NCBI GenBank assembly: GCA_050303855.1 | Contig: JBNLCO010000008.1 | Span: 1,236 to 65,235, forward strand | Direction: 5' to 3' | Source: Candidatus Pacearchaeota archaeon | GTDB taxonomy: Archaea; Nanobdellota; Nanobdellia; Pacearchaeales; GW2011-AR1 | Length of the DNA: 64,000 bases | The notes under the pieces: model-generated | Seen by the model: only the letters and a program-made list of their open reading frames with translations | Told to the model about the DNA's origin: nothing | The model's database searches: none | Position numbers and translations under genes: made by a program | Shown: piece after piece, positions 36,547-45,927 of the stretch | Layout: each line of letters starts with the position of its first letter | Position numbering within the stretch: the first letter of the stretch is position 1

Positions 36547-37179
36547 ATGAGATACGGCACATATGATGCTTTAGTCATTCCAACGGGGGAGACAACTTTT
36601 GGAGATAAAAGTTTTCCTGTGGGTAGGAAGGCAATAGACTTATTCAAAGGTGGAAGATATGGGAATATATTTGTGACTGGAGGTCATGGAGGATTTGCTA
36701 AAGTATTTCCAAAATACGCTATTTCTGAAGCTGAAGAAACGGTGGATTTTTTATATAATCAGGGAATGGACCCAGAAAAAGTATTTTATGATAATCAATC
36801 ACTAGAAACTGTTGGAAATTTTACTTTTCCTTTAGTTCAACCTATGGATGGCAATCAATCCTTAGATGAGTTTAAGAAAATACAAATTATTGCTAAAGAA
36901 GGACATATTTGGAGAATACACGATTATGTTAAAGCGGTTATGCCTTCAAGTGTAGAAGTAGATTATTATTCTATTCCAGGAAAGCACAACGATGGACTTT
37001 TTGCTAAAGTTTATCATAAAGCTATGATGAAGGCTCTTAAGAATAGGAAGGATCCTTTGGCAGCACACGAATTCTTATTGAAAGAACATCCATTTTATTC
37101 TGAAGATTGGTATTTCAAAAGCCCAAATAAGAGGAAATTAATAACTGCATTAAAAGGGTTGGATTGGCTTACAGAGTAA
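36547..37179 (+). CDS. DUF218 (YdcF/SanA-like) domain protein
   Basis: 'DALVIPTGE...ISEAEETVDFLYNQGMDPEKVFYDNQSLETVGNFTF' fits the DUF218 consensus (SEA..M..L...G....I..E..S.NT.EN). Confidence 0.4.
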   Translation: MRYGTYDALVIPTGETTFGDKSFPVGRKAIDLFKGGRYGNIFVTGGHGGFAKVFPKYAISEAEETVDFLYNQGMDPEKVFYDNQSLETVGNFTFPLVQPMDGNQSLDEFKKIQIIAKEGHIWRIHDYVKAVMPSSVEVDYYSIPGKHNDGLFAKVYHKAMMKALKNRKDPLAAHEFLLKEHPFYSEDWYFKSPNKRKLITALKGLDWLTE

Positions 37180-37224
37180 TCAAAGTACAACAATACTTAT
37201 AAAGTCAGATTTATCTCAATTTTT

Positions 37225-37503
37225 ATGGGAAATAAGGAATCAAAGTGGTATAATTCCAATTTTTATCATACTGTTGGGCAAGGTATCGCTATTGGAACAG
37301 TAATTTTGGCTAGTGCGTTTGGGGTGAGAACATGTGAGGGTCCAACTGATAACGAGGTTGAATTGGAAAAGATGAGATCAGGATATATTCTCAAACAGGA
37401 AGACTTGAACAATAATGGAAAAAATGAAGAGTTTTATGAGATTAAAGGGCAGAAATATTTCTCAAAAATTGATGGGCAAAATCTCGAGAATTCTCTGAAG
37501 TAA
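37225..37503 (+). CDS. small membrane-anchored protein
   Basis: 92 aa; one hydrophobic helix. Confidence 0.3.
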   Translation: MGNKESKWYNSNFYHTVGQGIAIGTVILASAFGVRTCEGPTDNEVELEKMRSGYILKQEDLNNNGKNEEFYEIKGQKYFSKIDGQNLENSLK

Positions 37504-37539
37504 ATTCTAAATAATTAAAAAAATATAGGTGACCACAAT

Positions 37540-37581
37540 TACGTCTACAACTAAATCGTATTTCTGTTTGATGTAGACGTA
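37540..37581. promoter_or_regulatory. inverted repeat TACGTCTACA-N22-TGTAGACGTA immediately 3' of fic-2
   Basis: Perfect 10-bp arms; same half-site as the repeat in the fic-2 promoter. Confidence 0.35.
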
Positions 37582-37583
37582 TA

Positions 37584-38480
37584 CTAGTACTTGATCTTTT
37601 CTTCTTTAAGGATTTTATATAAGAATAAAGTTAAAGGTCTTAAATCCCCTTTCAAGTGTGAAGAATCAAGAGCCTCATAATAAAGATATTTCTGTTTATG
37701 GGGGATGTTTATCATAGGGTAACCATTTTTATGAAGAATGAAATTTATCAATAATCTTCCAACTCTCCCATTTCCGTCAACAAAAGGGTGGATCGCTTCA
37801 AATGCTGAATGAAAATAAGCAGACAATATCAAAGGATGGAGTTTTTTCTTATTTTTTGTATACCAAGATAGTAATTGTCCTATTTCTTTTGGAACTTCTT
37901 TAGGTTTAGGAGGCATCCACTCTGTTCCTCTTATATATACTTGTAACGTTCTATACTTTCCAACTTGATTTTTTAGGTCTTCCTTTAGAGTATTTTTAAC
38001 TACTAATTCGTGTAGTTTTAGCATAAATTCTTTATTTAGATCTCCTTTGAAGTTTAAAATATAGTCAAAAGCTTCTTTGTGATTTATTATTTCATTTATT
38101 TCTCTTGTAGTTTTTCTTGGAGTTATTCCTTCAAATAATAACTGAGAGGTTTCTTGAAGAGTTAGAGTATTTCCTTCTATGTTTGTTGAATCATAAGTAA
38201 ATAGGGATACAAAGGCTTCGTATTTGCTTTCTTCATAATCCTTGTTCTTTAAATGTGTTTTTTTTATCTTCTCTAAATCCTTCTTTTCTTCATCTAATAA
38301 TAAAGTGGAGAGAAGCATCAACTCCTTGTCTGCAGATTTTTCTAACTTGGTTAAATTATCTTTATCTAGATCTACTCCCATATAGACTCTCTTTTTTATT
38401 ACCTTTTTACCAATTCTCTTTGAAATTACCCTGTAATAATATTTCTTCTTCCCTTTTTCTTTAATTTCTGTATATACCAT
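37584..38480 (-). CDS. fic: Fic/Doc-family AMPylator, class II, with shared N-terminal domain
   Basis: 'HPFVDGNGRVGRLLINFIL' Fic motif; 'STNIEGN' inhibitory motif; N-terminal 'MVYTEIKEKGKKKYYYRVISKRIGKKVIKKRVYMG'. Confidence 0.8.
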   Translation of the reverse strand: MVYTEIKEKGKKKYYYRVISKRIGKKVIKKRVYMGVDLDKDNLTKLEKSADKELMLLSTLLLDEEKKDLEKIKKTHLKNKDYEESKYEAFVSLFTYDSTNIEGNTLTLQETSQLLFEGITPRKTTREINEIINHKEAFDYILNFKGDLNKEFMLKLHELVVKNTLKEDLKNQVGKYRTLQVYIRGTEWMPPKPKEVPKEIGQLLSWYTKNKKKLHPLILSAYFHSAFEAIHPFVDGNGRVGRLLINFILHKNGYPMINIPHKQKYLYYEALDSSHLKGDLRPLTLFLYKILKEEKIKY

Positions 38481-38486
38481 AATATC

Positions 38487-38532
38487 TATACGTCTACATC
38501 ATTTAAATATCTTTCGGAGTTGTAGACGTATA
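38487..38532. promoter_or_regulatory. 12-bp perfect inverted repeat TATACGTCTACA-N22-TGTAGACGTATA enclosing a TATA-like box (tttaaata) upstream of fic-2
   Basis: Lies 7-50 nt upstream of the fic-2 start codon (38480, minus strand). Confidence 0.4.
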
Positions 38533-38876
38533 AATTGGGTCTTAGAAAAGTTTATAGTTTAGAATTGGTATATTAGGATTCATGTTTACAATTGAAATAA
38601 GTGATGAAGTAAAAACATGGTAGAATCTTTTGGTACCCCCGGCGAATCTTTTGAAACTATGATTAAGAGAAGTTTTGCTTAAGATTGGTCCGGACGGTTT
38701 TTGATTTAGAAAACCCTTAAATATAGTCAATAAGTTGGATTTTTATGAGAGTTCTCAAAAGACTTAAAAAGAATAGAAGACTAGTTGTTTCATGAAGTTC
38801 AAAGAGGTTTTGAAATTCGATCGTTCTGAAGAGGTTAGTTTTATAAATATGGGGGACTGTTTTTTATTCCTATAAA

Positions 38877-39131
38877 ATGGAACAACAATTTTCAATTAAA
38901 TCGCCTGAAGACATGAAAACATTACTTAAGTCTAGAGAGGATGGTTTGAAAAAATTCATGAATGAAGCTATAGAGTCCGAGTTTGATTTGCTTGAATTTA
39001 ATTTATTTATATCTTCTATAGGAAAAGATAAATTAGATGAGTCAACCAAAATTGTTAGGGATATGAGAAAAAAGGTTGATGAAGGGAAAATAGATTTGTC
39101 TAATTATGAAGATTTGGCTGATGATTTTTAA
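38877..39131 (+). CDS. hypothetical small acidic protein
   Basis: 84-aa ORF. Confidence 0.3.
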   Translation: MEQQFSIKSPEDMKTLLKSREDGLKKFMNEAIESEFDLLEFNLFISSIGKDKLDESTKIVRDMRKKVDEGKIDLSNYEDLADDF

Positions 39132-39712
39132 CGTTTTTTCTTTTTGATAAAAGATCTTTTTCCATAAATATTCCTCCACATTTTGGCGACGTCCTGTCTG
39201 GATCCAGGCTCTATTATTGACGGAATCTCTAGATCAATATTTAGGAATTTACACGGGCCTTGAAAATCTTTGAAGTTATTGGTAGAAATGCAAGAAATTC
39301 CGGCTACATGGTAAATTGCAATTATTCTTAAATCATTATCTCCAGAAGGCCATTTATTTCTTTCCCTCTCTTCACTCAACATTTTGAAAGTTTCATTAAC
39401 TTTGTCGGGGTCAACTTCTTTTTTCTTCAAGAGATTTATCCCATTCTTCCTTAAGAACTTAAAGATTTTCTTTTTATTAAATTGTACATTTGGATTTTTA
39501 CGAGACAATAAATTAATTAGTTCGCTAAATACAACATAGTTTGAGTAGAGAACATTGTTTTTCCTAACAACAGACGGTTTATAATCCCAGGTCAATTTCT
39601 CATTTTCCATCCAGGAGAAAGAGTTATCCGTATCTAAACCAATTTTCTTGATGATCTTATTTCTTACAACAGCTCTTCCAAGGCCAATTAATTTCCTTCT
39701 CTTTTTAGGCAT
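39128..39712 (-). CDS. PIN-domain-like protein (solo)
   Basis: C-terminal 'DNDLRIIAIYHVAGISCISTNNFKDFQG' resembles the last conserved acidic block of PIN nucleases (D..IIA....G..L.T.N.KDF); basic N-terminus. Confidence 0.35.
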   Translation of the reverse strand: MPKKRRKLIGLGRAVVRNKIIKKIGLDTDNSFSWMENEKLTWDYKPSVVRKNNVLYSNYVVFSELINLLSRKNPNVQFNKKKIFKFLRKNGINLLKKKEVDPDKVNETFKMLSEERERNKWPSGDNDLRIIAIYHVAGISCISTNNFKDFQGPCKFLNIDLEIPSIIEPGSRQDVAKMWRNIYGKRSFIKKKKR

Positions 39713-39788
39713 AGTTCTTAATGGACCAGAAACTTAAAAGCTTATCTGTGTTAAGAAGGTTTAAATATCTAAATAAAGCCTCAATTTT

Positions 39789-40271
39789 ATGAAAAAAGTA
39801 TTTATTGGAGGAATTGTAATATTAGCTATATTCTTAATTGTATTATCATTCATTCCTTTAGGTATTGAGCCTCTAACTGAAGTATATTTTGAAAATCATA
39901 CTAAATTACCTGCATACTTGTTCTTGGATAGAGAATATAATTATTCGTTTACGGTTCATAATTTGGAATATCAACAAGTGAATTACAATTATACCATAGA
40001 TGCTTATAGTGAACGTGGGGACTTCTTATATAATATGGACAAAGGAGATTTTATCTTATTACATAACGAAACTGAGACAATTGATGAAACATTTGTTATG
40101 GATGAGCATTTCAATAGAACAAAAGTGGTTGTTTTAATAGAAAAGGACTTATCTGCAGAAACTCCAGAATTTAAGAAGAAATTATGGTGGCCAGATCCAA
40201 ATTATCCTACTGAAATAGATGTACATTTCTGGATTGAAGAAGTTACTGGACCTACAATAACATTTGAGTAA
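39789..40271 (+). CDS. N-terminally anchored extracytoplasmic protein
   Basis: 160 aa; TM helix then soluble domain. Confidence 0.4.
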   Translation: MKKVFIGGIVILAIFLIVLSFIPLGIEPLTEVYFENHTKLPAYLFLDREYNYSFTVHNLEYQQVNYNYTIDAYSERGDFLYNMDKGDFILLHNETETIDETFVMDEHFNRTKVVVLIEKDLSAETPEFKKKLWWPDPNYPTEIDVHFWIEEVTGPTITFE

Positions 40272-40329
40272 TTAGTATATGGTTCTTAATCACAATAACC
40301 TTTAAATAGGTCCAGAATGGGATTAAATT

Positions 40330-41040
40330 ATGAATAAAACACGAAGTTTCATAATATTAGGACTATTTTTAGTGATGTCTTTAGGTCTTGCAAGTGCAAG
40401 TACTCTTGTTACAGGTGTTGTATATAATTCAGATTTCTCGGATGTTGTAAGTGATGCTTCTGTTGTAGTTAATTGTGATACATTAAGTATAAGCACAGAT
40501 TCTGGAAATGGTACTTTCAATCAAGATGGTATTTATGCCGTGATATTTAGCTCTGATTGTAATGATGTAAGTGTTTCTGCTTCAAAAGATGGATTATCTG
40601 GAAGTTCAAGTGCAATTGTCGGAGAATGTAATCAAGGAAATTGTAGTACTGAATATATTGCAGTTGGAAATCCTTCAATATCTGCTCCAGTAAATAACAA
40701 CAATGGAGGAAGCGGTGGTGGAAGTTCTGGAGGTTCAGGAGTATCATCTGGTGGGACAGGCGGATCAACAGTTCCTTTTTACTTATGTGGTAATGGTGTT
40801 TGTGATACAGGTGAGACAGTTACATCATGTCCTCAAGATTGTGTAGTTGAATCAACAAACGAAACTACAACTCAAGAAGATACAAATTCAAACGGTAGAA
40901 GGGGTATTACAGGTGCGGTTATTGGTGCGGTTACAAGTACTGGTGGAATAATTATTATTGTAGTGATAGTATTATTAGGGGTTTCTTCAGGGATATACTT
41001 TTCTAAAAAAAGAAAGCTTGCTAAAGTTGATGCTGACTAA
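40330..41040 (+). CDS. secreted Cys-rich surface protein with Gly/Ser linker and C-terminal TM anchor
   Basis: Signal peptide 'MNKTRSFIILGLFLVMSLGLASA'; 'NNNNGGSGGGSSGGSGVSSGGTGGS' linker; C-terminal 'IIIIVVIVLLGVSSGIYFSKKRK'. Confidence 0.5.
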   Translation: MNKTRSFIILGLFLVMSLGLASASTLVTGVVYNSDFSDVVSDASVVVNCDTLSISTDSGNGTFNQDGIYAVIFSSDCNDVSVSASKDGLSGSSSAIVGECNQGNCSTEYIAVGNPSISAPVNNNNGGSGGGSSGGSGVSSGGTGGSTVPFYLCGNGVCDTGETVTSCPQDCVVESTNETTTQEDTNSNGRRGITGAVIGAVTSTGGIIIIVVIVLLGVSSGIYFSKKRKLAKVDAD

Positions 41041-41140
41041 TTATGAAATTGTTTTCATTTGAAAAATTAAGTTTTATGAGGGTATAAACTATTTTGTTAA
41101 GCGTACAAATATTTAAAAAGAATAAAACTATAATTTTTGA

Positions 41141-44100
41141 ATGGGTGATAGCAAAAGAGGTTTGGTGTTTTTATTTTCCCTAATTGTTTTCATCGGATTA
41201 TTCTCGTTTATGGGTAGTGTTTCTGCTATCGATCAAGGAATTTCTTGTGAGAGTGATGTTGATTGTACTTCTTTAGATTTAACTTATTGTTCTTTAGATT
41301 TATTAGTTGATCAAGTTGGTGTTTGTAATCAAAACACAAGTCTTTGTGAGATATCAAATTCTTCTGTTGTTGATTGTGCTGTTGGAGGAGAATTAGATTC
41401 TTCTTGTTATGTTTCTCCGTTAGGAACTTGTAACTCTGAAACTCTTTCTTGTGATTCTCCTGTTCTTGATGAAGACGAGGAGGGGCCTGTTACTTCTAAT
41501 ATAACTATTACTAAAGTTCTTGGAACTTGTCAGGTAAATATAATGAGTACTGAGACAGACACATGTTCTGTTGTTACAGCTGCTGAATATTTCGTCGGTA
41601 GCTGTGGAGATGAAGGCACTGGAGATGCCCTTAACGTAACTGACGGAATTTATGATTCTCTTGTGGAACAAGTTATGAAGAATAAGGTTGGAGTTTCTGA
41701 TGGTAGTATTGATATTTATGTTAGGGGACAGGATGCTTTAGGAAATTGGGGACAGTGTGAACAAGTTACTTTTGCTTCTGATTGTTTACCGGTAGATTAT
41801 CCTACATGCGCTATAGGAAATACAAATCCAAATGCAGAATATGCTCCTGGGATAAATGTAAATGGTCAGTGTAATGCTGAAGAACTCCTTATATGTGGAA
41901 ATGATCCAGAAATAACTGCAAATATATGTGATTCTGAATCTTTAATACAATTAGCTGAATACTTTATTGATGACATGCCTTTAACTAATTGGCAAGGAAT
42001 CAATATGAGTGCAATTGATGGTTCTTTCTATGATGAAGCTTGTGAGGATGTGAGTGCTACAGTAGATATATCTGAATTGATACAAGGAACACACTATATT
42101 CAATTGCACGGTAAAGATACTCAAGAGAATTGGGGTAAGTTGCCTAACTCTCCAACTGTTTCTTTCATAAAAGATACTGATGCTCCAAATACAACTAAAA
42201 CAATTTCTTTTGCTGATAATATATCTAAAGAATGTGATTTCCAAGAAGCTAATGGAAACGAATTAACTGATGGATGTTATTATGTCAAACCTGGAACAAA
42301 TATAACTTTAAGTGCTATTGATCCGGATACTATTGATCATGAGATTGCAGGAAGCCCTGTAGTTCATTACAATATTTATTATAGTGAAGATTGTACTATT
42401 GCTGAACCTGAATGGACTTTACAGAGTTCTGGAGAAGGAAATCCAAATGAAGATGTTAGTTTAACTTTAGAAGAAGATTCTTGTCACTTAATTGAATACT
42501 GGGCAACAGACTTATGTGTAAATGAAGAAGAACACCATTATGAACTAGATATTGTTGATTCAAAAGCTCCTGTTTCTGAGAAAACTTTAGGATATCCTAA
42601 AGTGGAATGTTCTCAAGATGTTAAAGATTTAGTAGGAGAGGAAGATTGTTGGTATGTTAATACTAGTTCTCAAGTTGAATTATCTTGTGAAGATTCTCAA
42701 CCACATCCAATTGATGATGTCTCAATATATTATAGAATAGGATGGAAAGAAACATTTGAAGATGATTATGATTGGTCGGATTATAGTGTTTACGAAGGAA
42801 GCTTTAGTTATGAAGAAGACTCAATACACAAATTAGAATGGTCTTGTGTTGATGCTTTAGGAAATGTTGAAAATACTCATACTGAAATAGATATTGTTGA
42901 TTCTCAAGCTCCTGTATTCAATAAAGAATTAATTGGAGCAAAAGTTCCTGCAGAATGTAATGAAGAATATAACTTTGGATGTTATTATATTAACCAGAAT
43001 ACTTTGGTAAATGTTACTGCAGTTGATCCTGAACCTCATCCTTCTAATGATGTTGAAGTTTGGTGTGAATGGAGAGTTGTTTCAGAAAATGCAGGGGCAA
43101 TAAGAAAACCTTTCTTGGTTACAGAACCATTTAACTTTGAAGGAGATTCAGAACATCATTTACACTGTTGGGCTAATGATTCATTAGGAAATACGGCAGA
43201 CTTATGGGAATTGGATTATGTTGATTCACAACCTCCAATAACAACTAAGACTATTGAAGGTCCTAAATATACAGAGAATTGTATAGAAGAAGGATCTTGT
43301 TGGATAACTCAAGAATCCAATGTAACCTTAAGTTGTGAAGATCAACAACCTCATCCAGTTAACGACATTACGTTGTATTATAGAACAACACTTGATGGCG
43401 AAGTTTTAGAAGATTGGACTTCAAGCAAGGAAGATGTATTAATCAACTTTAATGAAGATTCAAATCATTCAATAGAATGGTATTGTGTTGATGCTTTAGG
43501 AAATGCGGAGGAATTACAGACTGAAAATGATACCGTAGATACTCAGGGTCCATCTATCTTTAAGTGGGTTAACGATACAACTGTTCAACCTGGCGATGAA
43601 GTACAAATATGTGCAAACATTACTGATTACAAGCAAACAGGAGATTTAGGGGTTGGTGTAAATGATAGTACTATTTGGGGAATTTTAACTTTAGGAAATG
43701 ATCCTTATGATGTTCCTTTAACACCTGCTGAAGGAAATACTTATTGTGGAACTTGGGTTGCTCCTCCAATTAATGAGAAATGTCATGACTACAAATGTTT
43801 ATGGGATTTACATGTAAATGCATCAGACCTTTTAGGAAATTATAATATTGAAAATGGTGTTCAGATAATTGTTGATAAAGCTAAACCAAAAGTTAAGTTT
43901 GTTTTGAATCCAACTTCAGGACAGTATTATAGAGATGGTAAACAATTCTCAGTTTACGCTCCTGCAATAGACTTTGGTGGAGATTGGAATATAAAGAATT
44001 ATGACCAGTGTAGAGCGAGTGGGGTTCTAGAATGTAGATGGTATGCAGTAGATTATCCATTTGAAGATATTAATCAGACAGAAATAAAGAACTATTGGGA

Positions 44101-45196
44101 TTATAAGTGGGCTCTTGGAGATGTATTTGATAACCCAGATGTAGTTTATCTTGGAAGTACTCCTTATGTTGATGGAATCTGTAAGGGAATAGTACAGATA
44201 CCAGAAGATAGTGGATTAACTGATAAAGCATTCTTAGCTTATGAAATTGAAGATAATGCAGGAAACATTAATGGAGATAATGAAACTCTTGCTAAAGATT
44301 TCAATGGGGATGCAATAATCTTAGATATTGATAACGAAGGACCAGGAATTGTAACAACTGATTTAGGGAATACACCGGGACCTTTAACTAGTGGAGATGT
44401 TGTAAGCTTAAAGGCAGAAGCGGTAGATTATCAATCAGGATTTGACGGATGTTATGCAGACCTTTACTCTTGTGATGAGAATGGATCTAACTGTGATGTT
44501 GATACGGGAATAAACTTAGACGGTGAATGGTATGGAGATGTATGTGAAATTAATGATATATTACCTACAAATACCCCTAACCAAGAGAGTATACAATCAG
44601 GATATTACAAGATAAAGATAAATGCAAGAGATGAATTAGGAAATATTGGATCTGATTGGGCTAGTTTAACTATTGATAACAAGAGACCAAATATGAGTAT
44701 TGTAAGTCCTGAAGAAGAAGGTGTTTACGGAGCTTTACTTCCAGTGTCATTACATATAGAAGATGATACAAATGTAGCAAGTGAAACTGTTAAGTTCAAG
44801 TTATCAGAGATTCCTGCAATAGGTAATTTATTCTGTGTATTCGGAAGTTGTGAGGAAACTGAGTGGTTAACTCTAACGGATCAAGGATCTGGAATATATG
44901 CAGATACAATAAACATAACAGAATATGGAATAAGCGGTCAGGGAAGATATGTTATGGATGCTGTTGCTTGTGATAACCTATATACTCCTGAACCGGATAC
45001 AGATTTAGGTTTCTCGATAGGAAACTCTAGAACAGATATGCATTGTAGAATGATAAGTGAACATGGGGGGGTAAGTAGTGAAGTAAGAACTCAGTGCTCA
45101 GATGGACTTGATAATGACGGTGATGGAAATATAGATTTAAATGATATTGGATGTGATAATCCATCAGACGACGATGAAACAGATATTATCGAATAA
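41141..45196 (+). CDS. giant (1351 aa) secreted Cys-rich repeat protein, putative adhesin
   Basis: Signal peptide; at least four ~115-aa modules containing 'SCEDxQPHPxxD(V/I)x(I/L)YYR ... EDSxHxxEWxCVDALGN ... D(I/V)VDSQ(A/P)P'; C-terminal Asp-rich Ca-binding-like 'DGLDNDGDGNIDLNDIGCDNPSDDDETD'; no membrane anchor. Confidence 0.6.
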   Translation: MGDSKRGLVFLFSLIVFIGLFSFMGSVSAIDQGISCESDVDCTSLDLTYCSLDLLVDQVGVCNQNTSLCEISNSSVVDCAVGGELDSSCYVSPLGTCNSETLSCDSPVLDEDEEGPVTSNITITKVLGTCQVNIMSTETDTCSVVTAAEYFVGSCGDEGTGDALNVTDGIYDSLVEQVMKNKVGVSDGSIDIYVRGQDALGNWGQCEQVTFASDCLPVDYPTCAIGNTNPNAEYAPGINVNGQCNAEELLICGNDPEITANICDSESLIQLAEYFIDDMPLTNWQGINMSAIDGSFYDEACEDVSATVDISELIQGTHYIQLHGKDTQENWGKLPNSPTVSFIKDTDAPNTTKTISFADNISKECDFQEANGNELTDGCYYVKPGTNITLSAIDPDTIDHEIAGSPVVHYNIYYSEDCTIAEPEWTLQSSGEGNPNEDVSLTLEEDSCHLIEYWATDLCVNEEEHHYELDIVDSKAPVSEKTLGYPKVECSQDVKDLVGEEDCWYVNTSSQVELSCEDSQPHPIDDVSIYYRIGWKETFEDDYDWSDYSVYEGSFSYEEDSIHKLEWSCVDALGNVENTHTEIDIVDSQAPVFNKELIGAKVPAECNEEYNFGCYYINQNTLVNVTAVDPEPHPSNDVEVWCEWRVVSENAGAIRKPFLVTEPFNFEGDSEHHLHCWANDSLGNTADLWELDYVDSQPPITTKTIEGPKYTENCIEEGSCWITQESNVTLSCEDQQPHPVNDITLYYRTTLDGEVLEDWTSSKEDVLINFNEDSNHSIEWYCVDALGNAEELQTENDTVDTQGPSIFKWVNDTTVQPGDEVQICANITDYKQTGDLGVGVNDSTIWGILTLGNDPYDVPLTPAEGNTYCGTWVAPPINEKCHDYKCLWDLHVNASDLLGNYNIENGVQIIVDKAKPKVKFVLNPTSGQYYRDGKQFSVYAPAIDFGGDWNIKNYDQCRASGVLECRWYAVDYPFEDINQTEIKNYWDYKWALGDVFDNPDVVYLGSTPYVDGICKGIVQIPEDSGLTDKAFLAYEIEDNAGNINGDNETLAKDFNGDAIILDIDNEGPGIVTTDLGNTPGPLTSGDVVSLKAEAVDYQSGFDGCYADLYSCDENGSNCDVDTGINLDGEWYGDVCEINDILPTNTPNQESIQSGYYKIKINARDELGNIGSDWASLTIDNKRPNMSIVSPEEEGVYGALLPVSLHIEDDTNVASETVKFKLSEIPAIGNLFCVFGSCEETEWLTLTDQGSGIYADTINITEYGISGQGRYVMDAVACDNLYTPEPDTDLGFSIGNSRTDMHCRMISEHGGVSSEVRTQCSDGLDNDGDGNIDLNDIGCDNPSDDDETDIIE

Positions 45197-45875
45197 AAAT
45201 TTTGTTTTTTTAATTTCATTCCTATTCCTTATAGGAGGGGTTTTAGCTAGTCAGCCGAGTGTTTGTATTGATGTGCAAAGTCCTTCTGCTCCTTCTAATT
45301 TAGTTGTTTCGGGAGATGTTATTCTAAGTTGGGATGCTGTCTCAGATAAACCCGATTGTAGTGGAATAGATTATTATTTGATTTACAAAAATGGAGCTTA
45401 TATTGGAAAGACAAGCTCAACATCTTTTTCTGATACAGTGGATGGATCTTATACTTATGACGTATCTGCTGTAGATTTAGCGGGAAATATTGGATCTAAT
45501 GCGTCAGTAACATACACTCCTAGTCCTGTCCAATCGTCTGGGGGCGGCGGTGGAGGAGGCGGATCTTCTAGTAGTAGTTCATCTTCAAGCTCAAGTTCAG
45601 GCAGTTCAAGTTCTAATGGTAGTGCTAGCGTAAGCAGTTCAAATGCAGGTGGAAGTAGTTCTAACGAAGGATTTTCAGGAATGAACTCTAGTGAAAGTGA
45701 GAGTAAAGGTTCTTCTGCTGGAATAACTGGTAATGCTATTGCAAATTTTTCAAAGTCTAAGGCAGGAAAGGGTATTCTGGTTGTAATATTAATAGTTGTT
45801 TTACTAGGATTGTCTTATTTTGGAAGGAAGAAGAAAGATAAGCTTGAGGAAGTAAAGGAAGAAGAGAAGAAATAA
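45174..45875 (+). CDS. surface protein with fibronectin-type-III-like domain, Gly/Ser linker and C-terminal TM anchor
   Basis: Signal peptide 'MKQILSNKNFVFLISFLFLIGGVLA'; 'SAPSNLVVSGDVILSWDAVSDKPDCSGIDYYLIYKNGAYIGKTSSTSFSD' FN3-like; 'GGGGGGGGSSSSSSSSSSSGSSSS'; C-terminal TM plus KK-rich tail. Start trimmed from 45141. Confidence 0.55.
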   Translation: MKQILSNKNFVFLISFLFLIGGVLASQPSVCIDVQSPSAPSNLVVSGDVILSWDAVSDKPDCSGIDYYLIYKNGAYIGKTSSTSFSDTVDGSYTYDVSAVDLAGNIGSNASVTYTPSPVQSSGGGGGGGGSSSSSSSSSSSSGSSSSNGSASVSSSNAGGSSSNEGFSGMNSSESESKGSSAGITGNAIANFSKSKAGKGILVVILIVVLLGLSYFGRKKKDKLEEVKEEEKK

Positions 45876-45927
45876 GTATATTCTTTAAGATAAATATGCT
45901 TTTAAAAGGTTGATCTGTTGACTTTTT

